From Felis catus (lineage: Eukaryota): DNA of 64,000 nt. A program made the translations under genes and the position numbers. The notes under the pieces were generated by a model. That model had not been told where the DNA came from and did not search any database. It saw only the letters and a list, made by a program, of their open reading frames with translations. The DNA is taken from contig NC_058368.1 in NCBI RefSeq assembly GCF_018350175.1, forward strand, positions 128,962,001 through 129,026,000, given 5' to 3'. Position 1 is the first letter of the stretch; each line of letters opens with the position of its first letter. Shown in pieces: positions 51,290-63,238 of the stretch.

Positions 51290-53130
51290 GCTGGAAGTGC
51301 TCTCAAGAAGCAGAGAAAAGTCCTGACATTAGAAGAAAACATGGAATTTCTTGACATCTACCATAGATTGAGGTCTTCACCTGTTGTTGCCCACCATTTC
51401 AGGATAAATGAATCCAGCATAAGTACCACTGTAAAAAAAGAAAAGGAAATTTTGTGAAGCCGTTGCTGCAACTGTGCCATAGGTGCAAAAGCCTTGTACT
51501 TTCTGCAAAATACTTTTTCATCTCATTTTGAACATGCAGTTTTTATGTAGGTGAGGATTGCTGCGAGAAAGACATTCCTTTTTTTTTTTTTTTTTTTAAA
51601 AGAATCTCAGTTCTTCAACGTTTATTTATTTTTGGGACAGAGAGAGACAGAGCGTGAACGGGGGAGGGGCAGAGAGAGAGGGAGACACAGAATCGGAAAC
51701 AGGCTCCAGGCCATCAGCCCAGAGCCTGACGCGGGGCTCGAACTCACAGACCGCGAGATCGTGACCTGGCTGAAGCCGGACGCTTAACCGACTGCGCCAC
51801 CTAGGCGCCCCGGAGAAGGACATTCCTATAGACTCTTCAAGTGATTTGAAAAGGTGAAGTCATCATATGACCATTTGAAAGTAAAGGACCTAAAGCTGGA
51901 GAATATCCCATGCCAGCAAAGGATGGTTTGATAATTTTAGGAAGAGGTTTGGCTTAAAAATGTCAAGATACCTGGAGAAACAGTTTCTGCTGACCAGGGG
52001 GTAGCAGACGAGTTCTCATACCCAACATTAAGAAAAGCACTGAGGTGAAAGGATATCTGCCTGAACAGGTTTTTAATGCAGACAAAAGTGCCCTATTCTG
52101 GAAAAGAAAATGCCGCAGAGGACATTTACCTAGTAAGGAAGAGAAGCGAGCACCAGGATATAAGGCAGGAAGGGATAGGCTAAATCTAGTGTTTTGTGGA
52201 AATGCAGTCAAATTTATCATCAGGACTGCTCTCATCTGTAAAGCTGCTAACTCCTTGGCCTTGAAGGGAAAAGATAAACACCAGCTGCCAGTCTTTTGAT
52301 TGTACAACAAGAAGGCCTGGACAGTGAAAACCCTTTTTCTGTACTGGTTCCATCGATGCTTTGTCCTTAAAGTCAGGAAGTACCTTGACAGTAGGGACTC
52401 CTTTTTAAAGTTCTTTTGATATTGGCCAGGGCCCCTGGCCACCCAGAACCCCATGAGTTCAGCACTGAATCCATCAAAGTTGTCTACTTGCCCCCAAACA
52501 CGGTGTCTCTGATTCAGCCTCTAGATCCAGGGAGTCATGAGGACCTTTAAGTCTCGTTACACATGATCCTTTATGGAAAGGATTGTCAATGCTGTGGAAG
52601 AGAACCCTGAGAGAGAGAGAACATCATGAAAGTCTGGAAGGATTACATCATTGAAGATGCTATCATTGTTTTAGAAAAAGCGGTGAAAGCCATCAAGCCC
52701 AAAACAATAAATTCCTGCTGGAGAGACCTCTGTCCAGATGTTGTGCATGACTTCCAAAGTTTACAACAGAGTCAGTTAAGGAGATTATGACAGAGATTGT
52801 GTGTATGGTCAAAAAGGTGGGGGCAAAGGGTTTTAAGGTAGGGAGCTTGAAGAAATTCGAGAGCTAATCGACACCACGCTAGAGGAACAAATAGAAGATG
52901 GCTTGATGGAGATGAGTGCTTCTAAACCAGTGCCAGATGATGAGAAAGAAGACCTAGAAGAAGCAGTGCCAGACAACAAATTGACATTAAACCATAGTAC
53001 AGAAGAGTTCTGATTATTCAAGACTGCCTTGACTTCCTTTATGACATAGGCCCTTCTATTTTACAGGCGCTGAAATTAAAACAAATGGCGATACCGTATA
53101 GAAACATTTTTAGAGAAATGAAAAAGCAAA
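51290..53130 (+). pseudogene. Disrupted pogo-type transposase (HTH/CENP-B plus DDE_1)
   Basis: KKQRKVLTLEE-type N-terminus; GYLPEQVFNADKSALFWK and KAGRDRLNLVFCGNA (52045-52299); multiple stops and frameshifts and a SINE insertion. Confidence 0.88.
51580..51811 (-). mobile_element. Young SINEC_Fc-type SINE inside Tigger, with extra 3' sequence
   Basis: TSD gagaa(a/g)gacattcct at 51565 and 51813. Confidence 0.97.
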
Positions 53131-53833
53131 GCCAGAAATTACAATGTTTTGCCGTGAAGTGACACTGAGTGTGCCTGTCTGTCCTGCCCCCCTCCCGCCC
53201 CCCCGCCTCACTTCTGCCATCCCTGAGACAGCAAGACCAACCTGTTGTCTTCTTCCTCTTTCTCAGCCTGCTCAACAGGAAGATGATTTGGGTGAAGACT
53301 TTTGTGATAATCCATTCCCACCAAATGAATGGTAAATTGTCAGACCGTACAGTTAATGAACTTATCTTTTGTGTCTATGTATGTCTTCCTGTGGAAATCT
53401 AGTAACTGTATGGAAAGAGCTGTGTGAGATGTTTTTGTGTCATCATCATCCAGGTATTAATTGCATAGAATATTGTGTGCAAGACTTTGATGGAAAAGGA
53501 TAACTTATTCTTACGTAGGTTTAAGGTGAGTGATATTTAATATAAAATTAATAACATGAGTTTTCTTACTGTCTGATAACTGCTTTCAAAGAATTATAGT
53601 ATTGTACAGTATGCCTCCCTCTCTTGTAATTGGAGAAAATGCCTATCAGCTTATCATCACAGGTAAGTGGTTTTAAAAATGTTAACAATATTTCCAATAC
53701 TGTATTCTGAATTATGACCATAATACTGTATGCCCTAAAATTTTTATAATGATTAATTCATTAGGCTAGGCTGCTGTGAAGCAATCATATCCAATTATAC
53801 TAGACTACCATAAAGTACCCATGTTGCTGCTTT

Positions 53834-55150
53834 AAAAAAAAAAATTTTTTTATATTTACATCCAAATTAGTTAGCATATAGTGCAACAATGATTTCAGGA
53901 GTAGATTCCTTAGTGCCCCTTACCCATTTAGCCCATCCCCCCTCCCACAACACCTCTAGCAACCCTCAGTTTGTTCTCCATATTTATGAGTCTTTTCTGT
54001 TTTGTTCCCCTCCTTGTTTTTATATTGTCTTTGTTTCCCTTCCATTATGTTCATCTGTTTTGTCTCTTGAAGTCCTCATATGAGTGAAGTCATACGATGT
54101 TTGTCTTTCTCTGACTAATTTTACTTAGCATAATACCCTCCAGTTCCATCCACGTAGTTGCAAATGGCACGATTTCATTCTTTTTGATGGCCGAGTAATA
54201 CTCCATTGTATATATATACCACATCTTCTTTATCCATTCATCCATCGATGGGCATTTGGGCTCTTTCCATACTTTGGCTATTGTGGATAGTTCTGCTATA
54301 AACATGGTGGTGCACATGTCCCTTCGAAACAGCACACCTGTATCCCTTGGGTAAATGCCTAGTAGTGCAATTGCTGGGTTGTAGGGTAGTTCTATTTTTA
54401 GTTTTTTGAGGAACCTCCAGACTGTTTTCCAGAGTGGCTGCACCAGCTTGCATTCCCATCAACTATGCAAAAGAGATCCTCTTTCTCTGCATCCTTGCTA
54501 ACATCTGTTGTTGCCTGAGTTGTTCATGTTAGCCATTCTGACCAGTGTAAGGTGGTATCTCATTGTGGTTTTGATTTGCATTTCCCTGATGATGAGTGAT
54601 GTTGAGCATTTTTTCATGTGTCGGCCATCTGGATGTCTTCCTTGGAGAAGTGTCTATTCATGTCTTTTGCCCATTTCTTCACTGGATTATTTGTTTTTTG
54701 GGTGTTGAGTTTGATAAGTTCTTTGTAGATTTTGGATACTCACCCTTTATCTGATATGTCATTTGCAAATATCTTCTCCCATTCTGTCGGATGCCTTTTA
54801 GTTTTGCTGATTGTTTCCTTTGCTGTGCAGAAGCTTTTTATTTTGATGAGGTCCCAGTAGTTCATTTTTGCTTTTGTTTCCCTTGCCTCCGGAGACGTGT
54901 TGAGTAAGAAGTTGCTGTGGGCAAGATCAAAGAGGTTTTTGCCTGCTTTCTCTTTGAGGATTTTGATGGCTTCCTGTCTTACATTGAGGTCTTTCATCCA
55001 TTTTGAGTTTATTTTTGTGTATGGTGTAAGAAAGTGGTACAGGTTCATTCTTCTGCATGTCACTGTCCAGTTTTCCCAGCACCACTTGCTGAAGAGACAC
55101 TCTTTATTCCATTGGATATTCTTTCCTGCTTTGTTAAACATTAGTTGGCA
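53834..55150 (-). mobile_element. 5'-truncated felid L1 inserted in Tigger
   Basis: Perfect 15-bp TSD ccatgttgctgcttt (53819, 55151); ORF2 C-terminal peptides ([39 protein letters not shown]). Confidence 0.96.
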
Positions 55151-55818
55151 CCATGTTGCTGCTTTTTTGTTATCAATGCATGGATCATTATACCTATAAA
55201 TACATATGAATTTCTTTTCCACATTATTTTTTCATCTTTGATGTCTAGCGCTAGTAATATGTATGGCATATCCAGTGTTTTATATCATATAAGACAATAT
55301 TGTGAAGGTACTGATAGATGATTCGTCGTGTAAACAGATGACATAAACTCATGGTATCAATAAACACAGTACAGGTCTCTAGATGTATTTTTTCCTCCTT
55401 ATGATTCTTAATATTTTCTTTTCCTTAGCTTAATTTATTGTAAGAATATGGTGTATAATACGTATACAAAATATAATATTCGTCAACTGTTTATGTTACT
55501 GGTATGGCTTCTGGTCAGCAGTAGACTGTTAGTAGTTAGATTTTTGGGGAGTTAAAAGTTATATGGGGAGTTTTGGCTGTTTTGCGGGTCATTGTCCCTA
55601 ACTTCTGCATAGTTGAAGGGTCAACTGTATATGTCTTCAAGATTGTATTTTTCTTAAGGCTGAAATGCCGTGGTGTTTCAACAGTGAAAATTTGATGAAG
55701 TATTTCTTCTAGATAGAACTAAGAAACTATTTCAAATTGATAGGGTGATTGAAGCTATCTATAAGGTATCCTTATAATATTCTGTCTAAATGCTTTGGCA
55801 TTCAAAATTGTGTTTTCT

Positions 55819-56047
55819 TTTTTGTTTTAAATTTATTTACTTATTTTGAGAGAGAGAGAGTGTGAGGGAGAGAGAGAGAGAGCGTGAGTGGGGGAGAGGC
55901 AGAGAGAGAATGAGAGAGTTCCAGGGCAGGCTCTGTGCTGTTAGAACAGAGTCCGATGCGGGGCTTGAACTCACAAACTGCAAGATCATGACCTGAGCTG
56001 AAATCAAGATTCAGACGCTTAACCTAGTGAGCCATCCAGGTGCCCCC
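55819..56047 (-). mobile_element. SINEC with TSD
   Basis: TSD caaaatt(g/c)tgttttct. Confidence 0.95.
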
Positions 56048-56269
56048 AAAATTCTGTTTTCTACTAGTATTGATGAATTTACAGTGATGCACCTATATAG
56101 CCTTTTGCTGATTTCTCTATTATGGCAGATAGGTGTAAAGCAACACTTGGTGGTTGTGTCCAGGCTAGTTACATACATGCAAGTACCTGCTTTTTTCTCC
56201 CTTTTCTTTTATTCTCTAAACCAGTGTTTGAGATGTATGTGCCTATACTGGAGTCTGTTTTTCAAAAAT

Positions 56270-56745
56270 AATTTTGTTCTCATTATATATAAGATCTTTG
56301 ATCCTGTAGAACATTCAGACAATATAGAAAATTGTGAGGAAGCAAAAATCACGGTTAACAGTTTAGTAATTCCAGATTGATCACTGTCGACAGTTTGGTA
56401 ATTTGCATGCATGGGTGTCCATGTGCACATAACACGAACATACACATGTGTACACTCTTGTGTCACGAGTGAACTTCTATAACACATGCCATTTACCAGT
56501 CTTAATTTTTTACTTAATACTTTGTTGTGGCTTTTTTCTCGTGCTAATGAGTATCATATTTTAAAATGACTGAATTGTGTTTCACTTGATGTATATATCA
56601 TAATCTATTTCTCAGTATCCTTTTGATAGGTGTTTAGTTTTCAGTTTTTCACTATTGGGAGCAATGCTACCCTAAGCATAGTGGCATATTCCTCTTGTCC
56701 GCTTGTATTTTGGGGGCAAATTTCTGTAAATAGAAATGCTAATAT
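56270..56745 (-). mobile_element. Ancient L1M 3' fragment
   Basis: atttttaaaatgactgaattgtgtttcac...ataatctattt...gataggtgtttagttttcagttttt...gtaaatagaaatgct. Confidence 0.55.
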
Positions 56746-57619
56746 AATTTTATTTTAAATATAATTATACTTTGTGGCAATATATTAAAAAGTATATAAT
56801 TTTGTATGGTCAGCAGTTTTGGAAAGCTGATAATATTCCCTTTTAAGAATCTGACCTGTGCTCTTTGAGACTGAATGTAGTTATTAGCATCCACATATAT
56901 AGGGCCAAAATGGTCCAGATTGCTGGTTTTGGGGGTTTGGGGGTCTGCATTTTTATAGATTTATTTTTGTCTTCCTTATAAAACTCTTTTCTCAAACCTG
57001 CTGCTTTTAACCTGTAGGGAACTTGGAAACAAGATAAATAACTGTATTATATGATATATAAAATTAAATCAAGTAGCCCCTGAGTCAAAATCTATGGAGT
57101 GTTCTAGTTATAGAGGTAGGATAAAGTTGTTGACTGGTTGAATTTAGGAAATGTAAGGACTATTTTCATTTTGGGGGCTGTTTATTTTATGTCCACGTTC
57201 TGTTGTATTGAATTATTTCTACTACAAAGCAGCAATTTATTGCTGAATGTAGGAGACAAGGCTGTATGAATTGAGATAAAAGGTAAGCTTTTATGATTAG
57301 GAAATTCCCTTCCTTCAGGTGGGTGGAAATGCCGATGGAGTGTTTGCCTCCTCGTTCCTTCTCTGCCTGGCATTGCCTACTTGTTGTGTTCTTCACTGGG
57401 GAAGTATATCTTTGTCTCTGGGCATGCTCTCGAGGCTGCTGGCCCCCTTGGTGCCTTCTCCAAGGCTGGTCATGAGGGAGTCAGCCAGGATCTGACTGCT
57501 TGGGCTCTGGCAACCCCTGTGTGGGAACAGTTTTCTGGGATAGATGAGCCCTGGGGAACTGAGCAGTGCCAGTCTTCCTTCCATTATTGCCTGATTTGTG
57601 CTGCCAGCACTGGTGTGTA

Positions 57620-58110
57620 TTAGGAGTGCAAAACTGAGACAGACCCCTTCCTCCTCTTCTGGGAGCTCACCTTGTGGAAAGTAAGACAACCTCAAAGCAT
57701 GTAGCTTGATAGATGGCACACCAAGTACCCTCTGAGTGGTGTGTTTGAGAGGGGAGTTATCAGTTCTTTCTGAGGCAGAAAGGCTGCACAGGCTTCCAGA
57801 AGAGACGGGGAAACTTGTACCCAGAGGTGGAAAATGAGAAGAGTTGGAGGGGGAAAGTTGTTAGGAGGGGGAAAGGTGGGGTCAGTCTAGGCAGCAGGTA
57901 AAGCTTGTGCAAAAATGTGGAGATAGGAAACAGTTACACCTCTTTTGTGATTCACATTCTGCACAGCTTTCGTGGCTGGCATGCTAAGTGTTGGAGGAGA
58001 GGGGGATGCTTGAAAAGGAGATGGTAGAGACCATAGTGGGCCTTGTGTGCTGTGATGAAGAGTTGGACTTGATCTTTTAGTGATAGTGGGGCATCATCAC
58101 AAAGCTTTAA
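57620..58110 (-). mobile_element. Degenerate L2 fragment
   Basis: aggcttccagaagag...ctaggcagcaggtaaagcttgtgcaaaa...gggccttgtgtgctgtgatgaagagttggacttgatc. Confidence 0.6.
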
Positions 58111-59444
58111 TTAGCCCTGTGCCTTGATTCATGGGCACATTCATGAGCAGCAAATGAAAACCTATTGTGCTCATTTCATGGAGTGATAAAAATCCCATTT
58201 ATGAGTTAGGGGATGTGCTAAACATTAGTACTAGAGGGAGTACATTTATAATGTGACTCATCCCCTCAGCAAGGCTTTCAGGGTCTGTAAGGTAAGCAGA
58301 AAGACTCCTTTAATAAAGGGGATGCCATTTCAGACAGGTGGTATAACTGCTTAGTGCTGAGAAAACTTATGTCCAGGCAGTCCAACCTGGTGTATAGATA
58401 CAGGTTTGGGGGATGGCACAGGGTGTGTCCTTACCCAGCCTTGCCTGACAGCCTGACACAGGACAGACGGCAGGCTGTGCAAAGAGGAACAGTCTTTGTG
58501 CAGTGCAGGAAAAGACTGCTGTGCATTGATTTTTTTCCCCCCCATTTCATACCTGCACACAAATATGGATCTGTCAGGGTGTCATCTCTGAATACTGAGT
58601 TAAGCAATATCAGAGTTAAGATAAAAATCAGTGGTTTAATTGATGAAATGAGCATAGGGCTAGACTTGTAATAGCTCGATAAATACTTAATTGATTTTTT
58701 AAAAAAACCTGACTTTAAAACAAAATGGATTTTCAAAAACTGAAAAACACTTGGTTAAAAAATTTTAAAAATGTATCAAAAGAGATTAGGATTTAGAATG
58801 TCTAGTATATAAATTAAGACATTTTATTCACTTGATCTTTTAAGCAGAGTTTTTAAGTAAGACACAGTAGGCCATGGACTGTATTCATAATCTGATATTA
58901 AAGTGTACTTAGAGAATTTATTCCTTTATAAATTATTCAAATGGAGTAAATAAATGGGATTTACGGGGGGAGGGCAGTCAGTGGGCTGTTGACTTGAATA
59001 TCTTACTAAGCTTTAAAGATGTTTTCTTGAGGGGCAGATGTTGGTTTGAGGAATTCTCAATCAGTGTATTGGCTTGGAAGTGAAAGAATCTGGAAAGCTT
59101 GTGCTTCTTTACAAATCTGCGTATACTGAGATCAGAAGGTACGGTCTGGTGTGTGGAGGCAGATGTGATTTTGGCAGCGTGGATCCAGAAGGTTGGGTTT
59201 CTGCTTACGTCTCACCACTTTGAGCACTGTGCCCTAGATGTCTTATTTACCTCTATCACTTCCATCTTCTTTTGCAGACTTATCCCTATAACACCTCTAC
59301 CTCCTAATTGTACAGATTTTTTGTGAGAATTGAATGTTCTCATTCTAATGTGAATGAAACATTTTATTTAGCTTGCAAAATACTTTACTGATGTAAGATG
59401 GCAGTATGAGGTGTCAGAAAAGTTTTGTTTTTAGTGGCATAGCG

Positions 59445-59655
59445 TTTTTAAAAAATGTTTGTTTATTTTTGAGAGCACAGAGACAGAATGCGAGTGGGTT
59501 AGGGGCAGAGAGAGAGGGAGACACAGAATCTGCAACAGGCTCCAGACTCTGAGCTGTCAGCACAGAGCCCGACGCGGGCCTCGAGCTCATGAGCTGTGAG
59601 ATCATGACCTGAGCCGAAGTCAGTCACTCAACCAACTGAACCACCCATTCGCCCC
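59445..59655 (-). mobile_element. SINEC with TSD
   Basis: TSD gcatagc(g/a)ttttta. Confidence 0.95.
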
Positions 59656-59935
59656 AAGCATAGCATTTTTAACTTCAGTTTAGCTTGGTTTAAGTAAAGA
59701 AAAGGGCAGAAATCTACATTCATCAATACATTAATTAGACATTTTTAAATGTAAGTTTTTGGTTATAATTTCTACATGCTGCTGAAGAAAAATATTCAGA
59801 AAACACATGGTTTTTTGGAGAGTGGGTTTAGGTGTAAATGACTGATCCTTCTGATGTCTTTTAAGTATTCATTATTAAATTTTTGAACTGGACATAGTTA
59901 ATCTCTTGGGAGCATTTTACATACAGTGCCTTGTT

Positions 59936-60070
59936 AAAGTTGCAAGATACAAAATATGCAAAAATCTGTTGCATTTCTATGTACTAATAATGAACTATCA
60001 GAGAAGTTAATAAAACGATCCCTTTTATACTTGCATCAAAAATAATAAAATACCCAGGAATAAATTTACT
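59936..60070 (+). mobile_element. Short internal L1 ORF2 fragment
   Basis: aaagttgcaagatacaaaat...aaaatctgttgcatttctat...aaaatacccaggaataaattta. Confidence 0.8.
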
Positions 60071-60694
60071 ACTAACAAAATTTGATTAGTCAAATTCACT
60101 TTGAGTGTTATATTAGGGAATCAGTGAAATGCTCTGGGGGGTGGCAATTGTGGCTGAATCCACATTTCAGGAAAAAAATGACAGTTTGTTTTGTTGGTCT
60201 GCGCGTGCAGTGAATCCTCAGCCTCGCAGCAGGGGCCCTCTGGGGATGTTGGCATGCGCAGCCCATCAGTGACAGCCAAGCTGTCAGGAGGTGACTTCTG
60301 AGGGGGAATAGAGTTCTTGCTGCTGCCTGTACTCCAAGTGTATAGAGTGGGCTGTAGGATCCCAATCCTAAAGAGAAGAAATTTGATTCCAGTGCTTAGC
60401 ACACAAAGCAATGAGAAATTTAATCATTATTAATGTAACTATTAGAGGCTTACCTTCATAATAAAGGAAGTTCGTTTTCATGACTACATTTAGTCCCTCC
60501 TGCTGCCATTAATGTTTCTGGTTACAAAATCGCATCTCAGCAGTGTTTCCAAGAATGGCACTTTGTGCCCTGTGGTCCCTTCTGTCGTCCGGTCCCTGTG
60601 AAACCCTTGAATAAACTCAGGACCCCCTCCTTGCTGTGGTTCCGGTTGTTGCCTGGAGTCTACAGGATCACTCTCCTTGTGCAAGTAAGTAGGC

Positions 60695-60895
60695 AGGCAG
60701 CATTGTAAAGTGGTGAAATTTGTAGACTTGGAGTTTGGAGTTTGAAGCATGGCCATTACACTTAGTAGCTCTTGACCTTGGGCAAGTAAGTTAATCTCTT
60801 GGAGCCTTGTTTTCTTCATTTACAACACGGGGATAATATTTACCTTATCAATAGGCCGTAAAGTACTTAGCATAGCATCTGGCACCTGGTGAGCC
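60695..60895 (+). mobile_element. MIR
   Basis: cttagtagctcttgaccttgggcaagtaagttaatctcttggagccttgttttcttcatttacaacacggggataat. Confidence 0.85.
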
Positions 60896-62049
60896 TTAGC
60901 AGAGGTTCATTAAGATTGTGTTTTTATGATTAAACCAAGCATTGTGTGATTGCAATTCTGAGAATAATTTTCTGGGAGTTAGGGAACAAACTGAATTTGT
61001 GGACCATTGTTACTAGGGTGCCTGTTAGTGCGAAAAGGAAGGATGACTTTGGGTCCTATGGCTGAATGGCAGTTCAGGGAGTGAAGAGGAGCGAGTTTTA
61101 TGGCTGTTTAAAAAGTCAGTCAGCATCTATTATTTGAAAATGTATATTGATTGAAAACACTGAGTTTGATTGTGAATTTAAATCCTTTTGTGTGACTGGA
61201 GTGAGAAAATTATTCACGCTGGCAGTTTCTCTTACACACTGAAATCTGTTTCTTTGCCGGTGCAGATTTCATTTCTGTCTTTTTGACTGAGGAGGAAAAA
61301 TAAGATCCTCTTTTGCCTTTTCTAGAATCTATCAATACTTACTGAATTAGGTGAAAGGTTCGAGCCATTCCTCTTTGTAGGCCTGAAGGACCTGAATCCT
61401 CAGTGCAAAGCTCTCAGGGCTGAATTTTTAGTAGAAGAAGGTGTATGATATCTGTGTACGTGAAGGATTGGTGTTTCTTGAGCTATCAGAGTAACTTTGA
61501 ACTGTATGTAAAGAAGTAAGAAACAAACAAAATCACTTATCCCATGGGTTCTTCCAACAACTCCTTTCAAGTGTGAATGATCTCTGAGGAAGACAAGGGT
61601 CAAAGTGGCCTGATACGTGGAAGAGCAGGAACAAGATGGAACAGGATATGAAGAGTGTGGATCTGGGAGCCCGTAATGCTGGCTTCTGGTTCTGGCTTTG
61701 CTAATATATGATTGTGATACTTGAGAAAGGTAGTCTGCTGGTCTGGCTTCAATTTTTTTTTTTTTTTCTTTTTTTTTTTGTCTCTTGTCGTTCAGGGGCT
61801 GTAGGTGATCTCCAGGCTCTTGGGTTGGAAGTAGCTTATGCAGCCTTCCATAAGAGCACAGGTAGACATCCTTGAAGCACTCTTGGCAGGTCATTATTCT
61901 GTCTCTATTGGCTGTTTCATTCAGCCTCAGCTTCCCTTCCCTTCTAGAGATGGGGAACTCTTTGTTTTCAGTGCAGCTTTGAACAGCTTAATATTGAGGA
62001 GCTTTTCATGGTGTGTAGATTCCTAGCCTTCCCATAGTCCTAATTATAT

Positions 62050-62950
62050 CTTCCGTCTTTCACGCAACAGATCTTCAGATATTGAACGAGTGTCAGGTTA
62101 ATTTTTTCCAGGTTATGCTGCCGAAGCTCTAACCATTGCTCTTTGATGTATTTCAGAACTTCAATATCATGCTAACTTTTCTGAAATATCTCAGGTTTTC
62201 ACTGCCACTTTTAAAATGTGACCCTTGGAGAAGCGTATCCAGTACTTTAGCTAGGATGTGACTAGCACAGTGCATGCTAAGAATGTTTGGAAACTGTAAT
62301 TTAATGAGAATAGCCCAAGTTGATGTTTTTGTTGGTTTATTTTATAGACAGATTTCTGCTATGTTGAGCATGTAGCTCTTATCCTTGGAGTTGTCTTTCA
62401 CATGAATTGCTCACAGGTAAGGCCTTATTTTATAGATGAACAGCTTATGTTTTAGCTCTAGGGCAGTACTTTATATTTAATTCTTTTTTCTTGTGAATTG
62501 TTTTATACCTGTTCCTTGCTCCTGACTGCTGAATTTTCTGACCCTTCCGTCTGTCCTGGATATTAGGGAGTCCCACAGGTTGTGTTCTCCTCATTTCTCC
62601 TCTCTGATACTGCCCCTGAGTCCATCCCAGGTAGTTGATGAAAATGTTGACCAAGGCAAAGCCAACTGGAGACTCTTGTGGCAGAGAGCCAGCATCTTTC
62701 TTTGTTCTTTACATTTAACGTGTGGGGAACCATCATAGTGGTTCCAGGCTCTTACCAGCAATATGTTTTTAATCATAGCTGGATGTAATTTGTCTTGTTT
62801 TGAAGCCTTCAGTTCAAACAGGCTTCTCAGTAAGTTATCATCTGTCTTGAAAATTCTGTATTTGTAAGTTTCTATTTTCGTGTGCATTTGGACTGCTGGT
62901 GCCAGCTCTTTTGCCAGTTCTTGTGTTCTACTTAGGTGAGCCTTTCCATA
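62050..62950 (-). mobile_element. Ancient CR1/L3 LINE relic (RT region)
   Basis: Minus-strand LVNIFINYLG (62654 downward) resembles CR1 RT LFNIFINDLD; + strand tccatcccaggtagttgatgaaaatgttgaccaagg...tgtggcag. Confidence 0.6.
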
Positions 62951-63238
62951 TGTGATCTCCAATAATATTGCCCACTAGTCCCCATCTTGTGTTTTTCTTG
63001 GTGCTCTCAGTCTTCCTCTGGCTTCCTGACCTCTGGAATGCCCAGAACTGAGTACTGAATTGGCTTGTGGACCAATAGAAGGAGGAAATGTCCTGTGTTA
63101 AGAAGGTTTCTGATCTTTTTTTCCAGAGATACTACTACATATATACCACAGAGTTTTTCAAAAGACTATAACTTTAGACAGTTTAAATTCATCCTCCAGG
63201 GGTAGAAGGAGAAATTGGAAAAAAACATTCCAGGAGTC

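Larger units (their letters stand above)
50679..55627 (+). mobile_element. Full-span Tigger2-family (pogo/Tc1-mariner superfamily) DNA transposon with nested SINE and L1
   Basis: TIRs TA|tagttgatccttaacaaca... and ...ttgaagggtcaactg|TA (consensus CAGTTGACCCTTGAA) with TA TSD; about 3.4 kb after removing the inserts. Confidence 0.9.

Noticed and set aside
51290..53130. Domesticated TIGD/JRK/CENPB-like gene
   Set aside because: Multiple stops and frameshifts, a SINE insertion and retained TIRs indicate a dead transposon.
47459..55222. L1 ORF2 frames as active retrotransposon CDS
   Set aside because: Both L1s are 5'-truncated (about 1.8 and 1.3 kb) and frameshifted.
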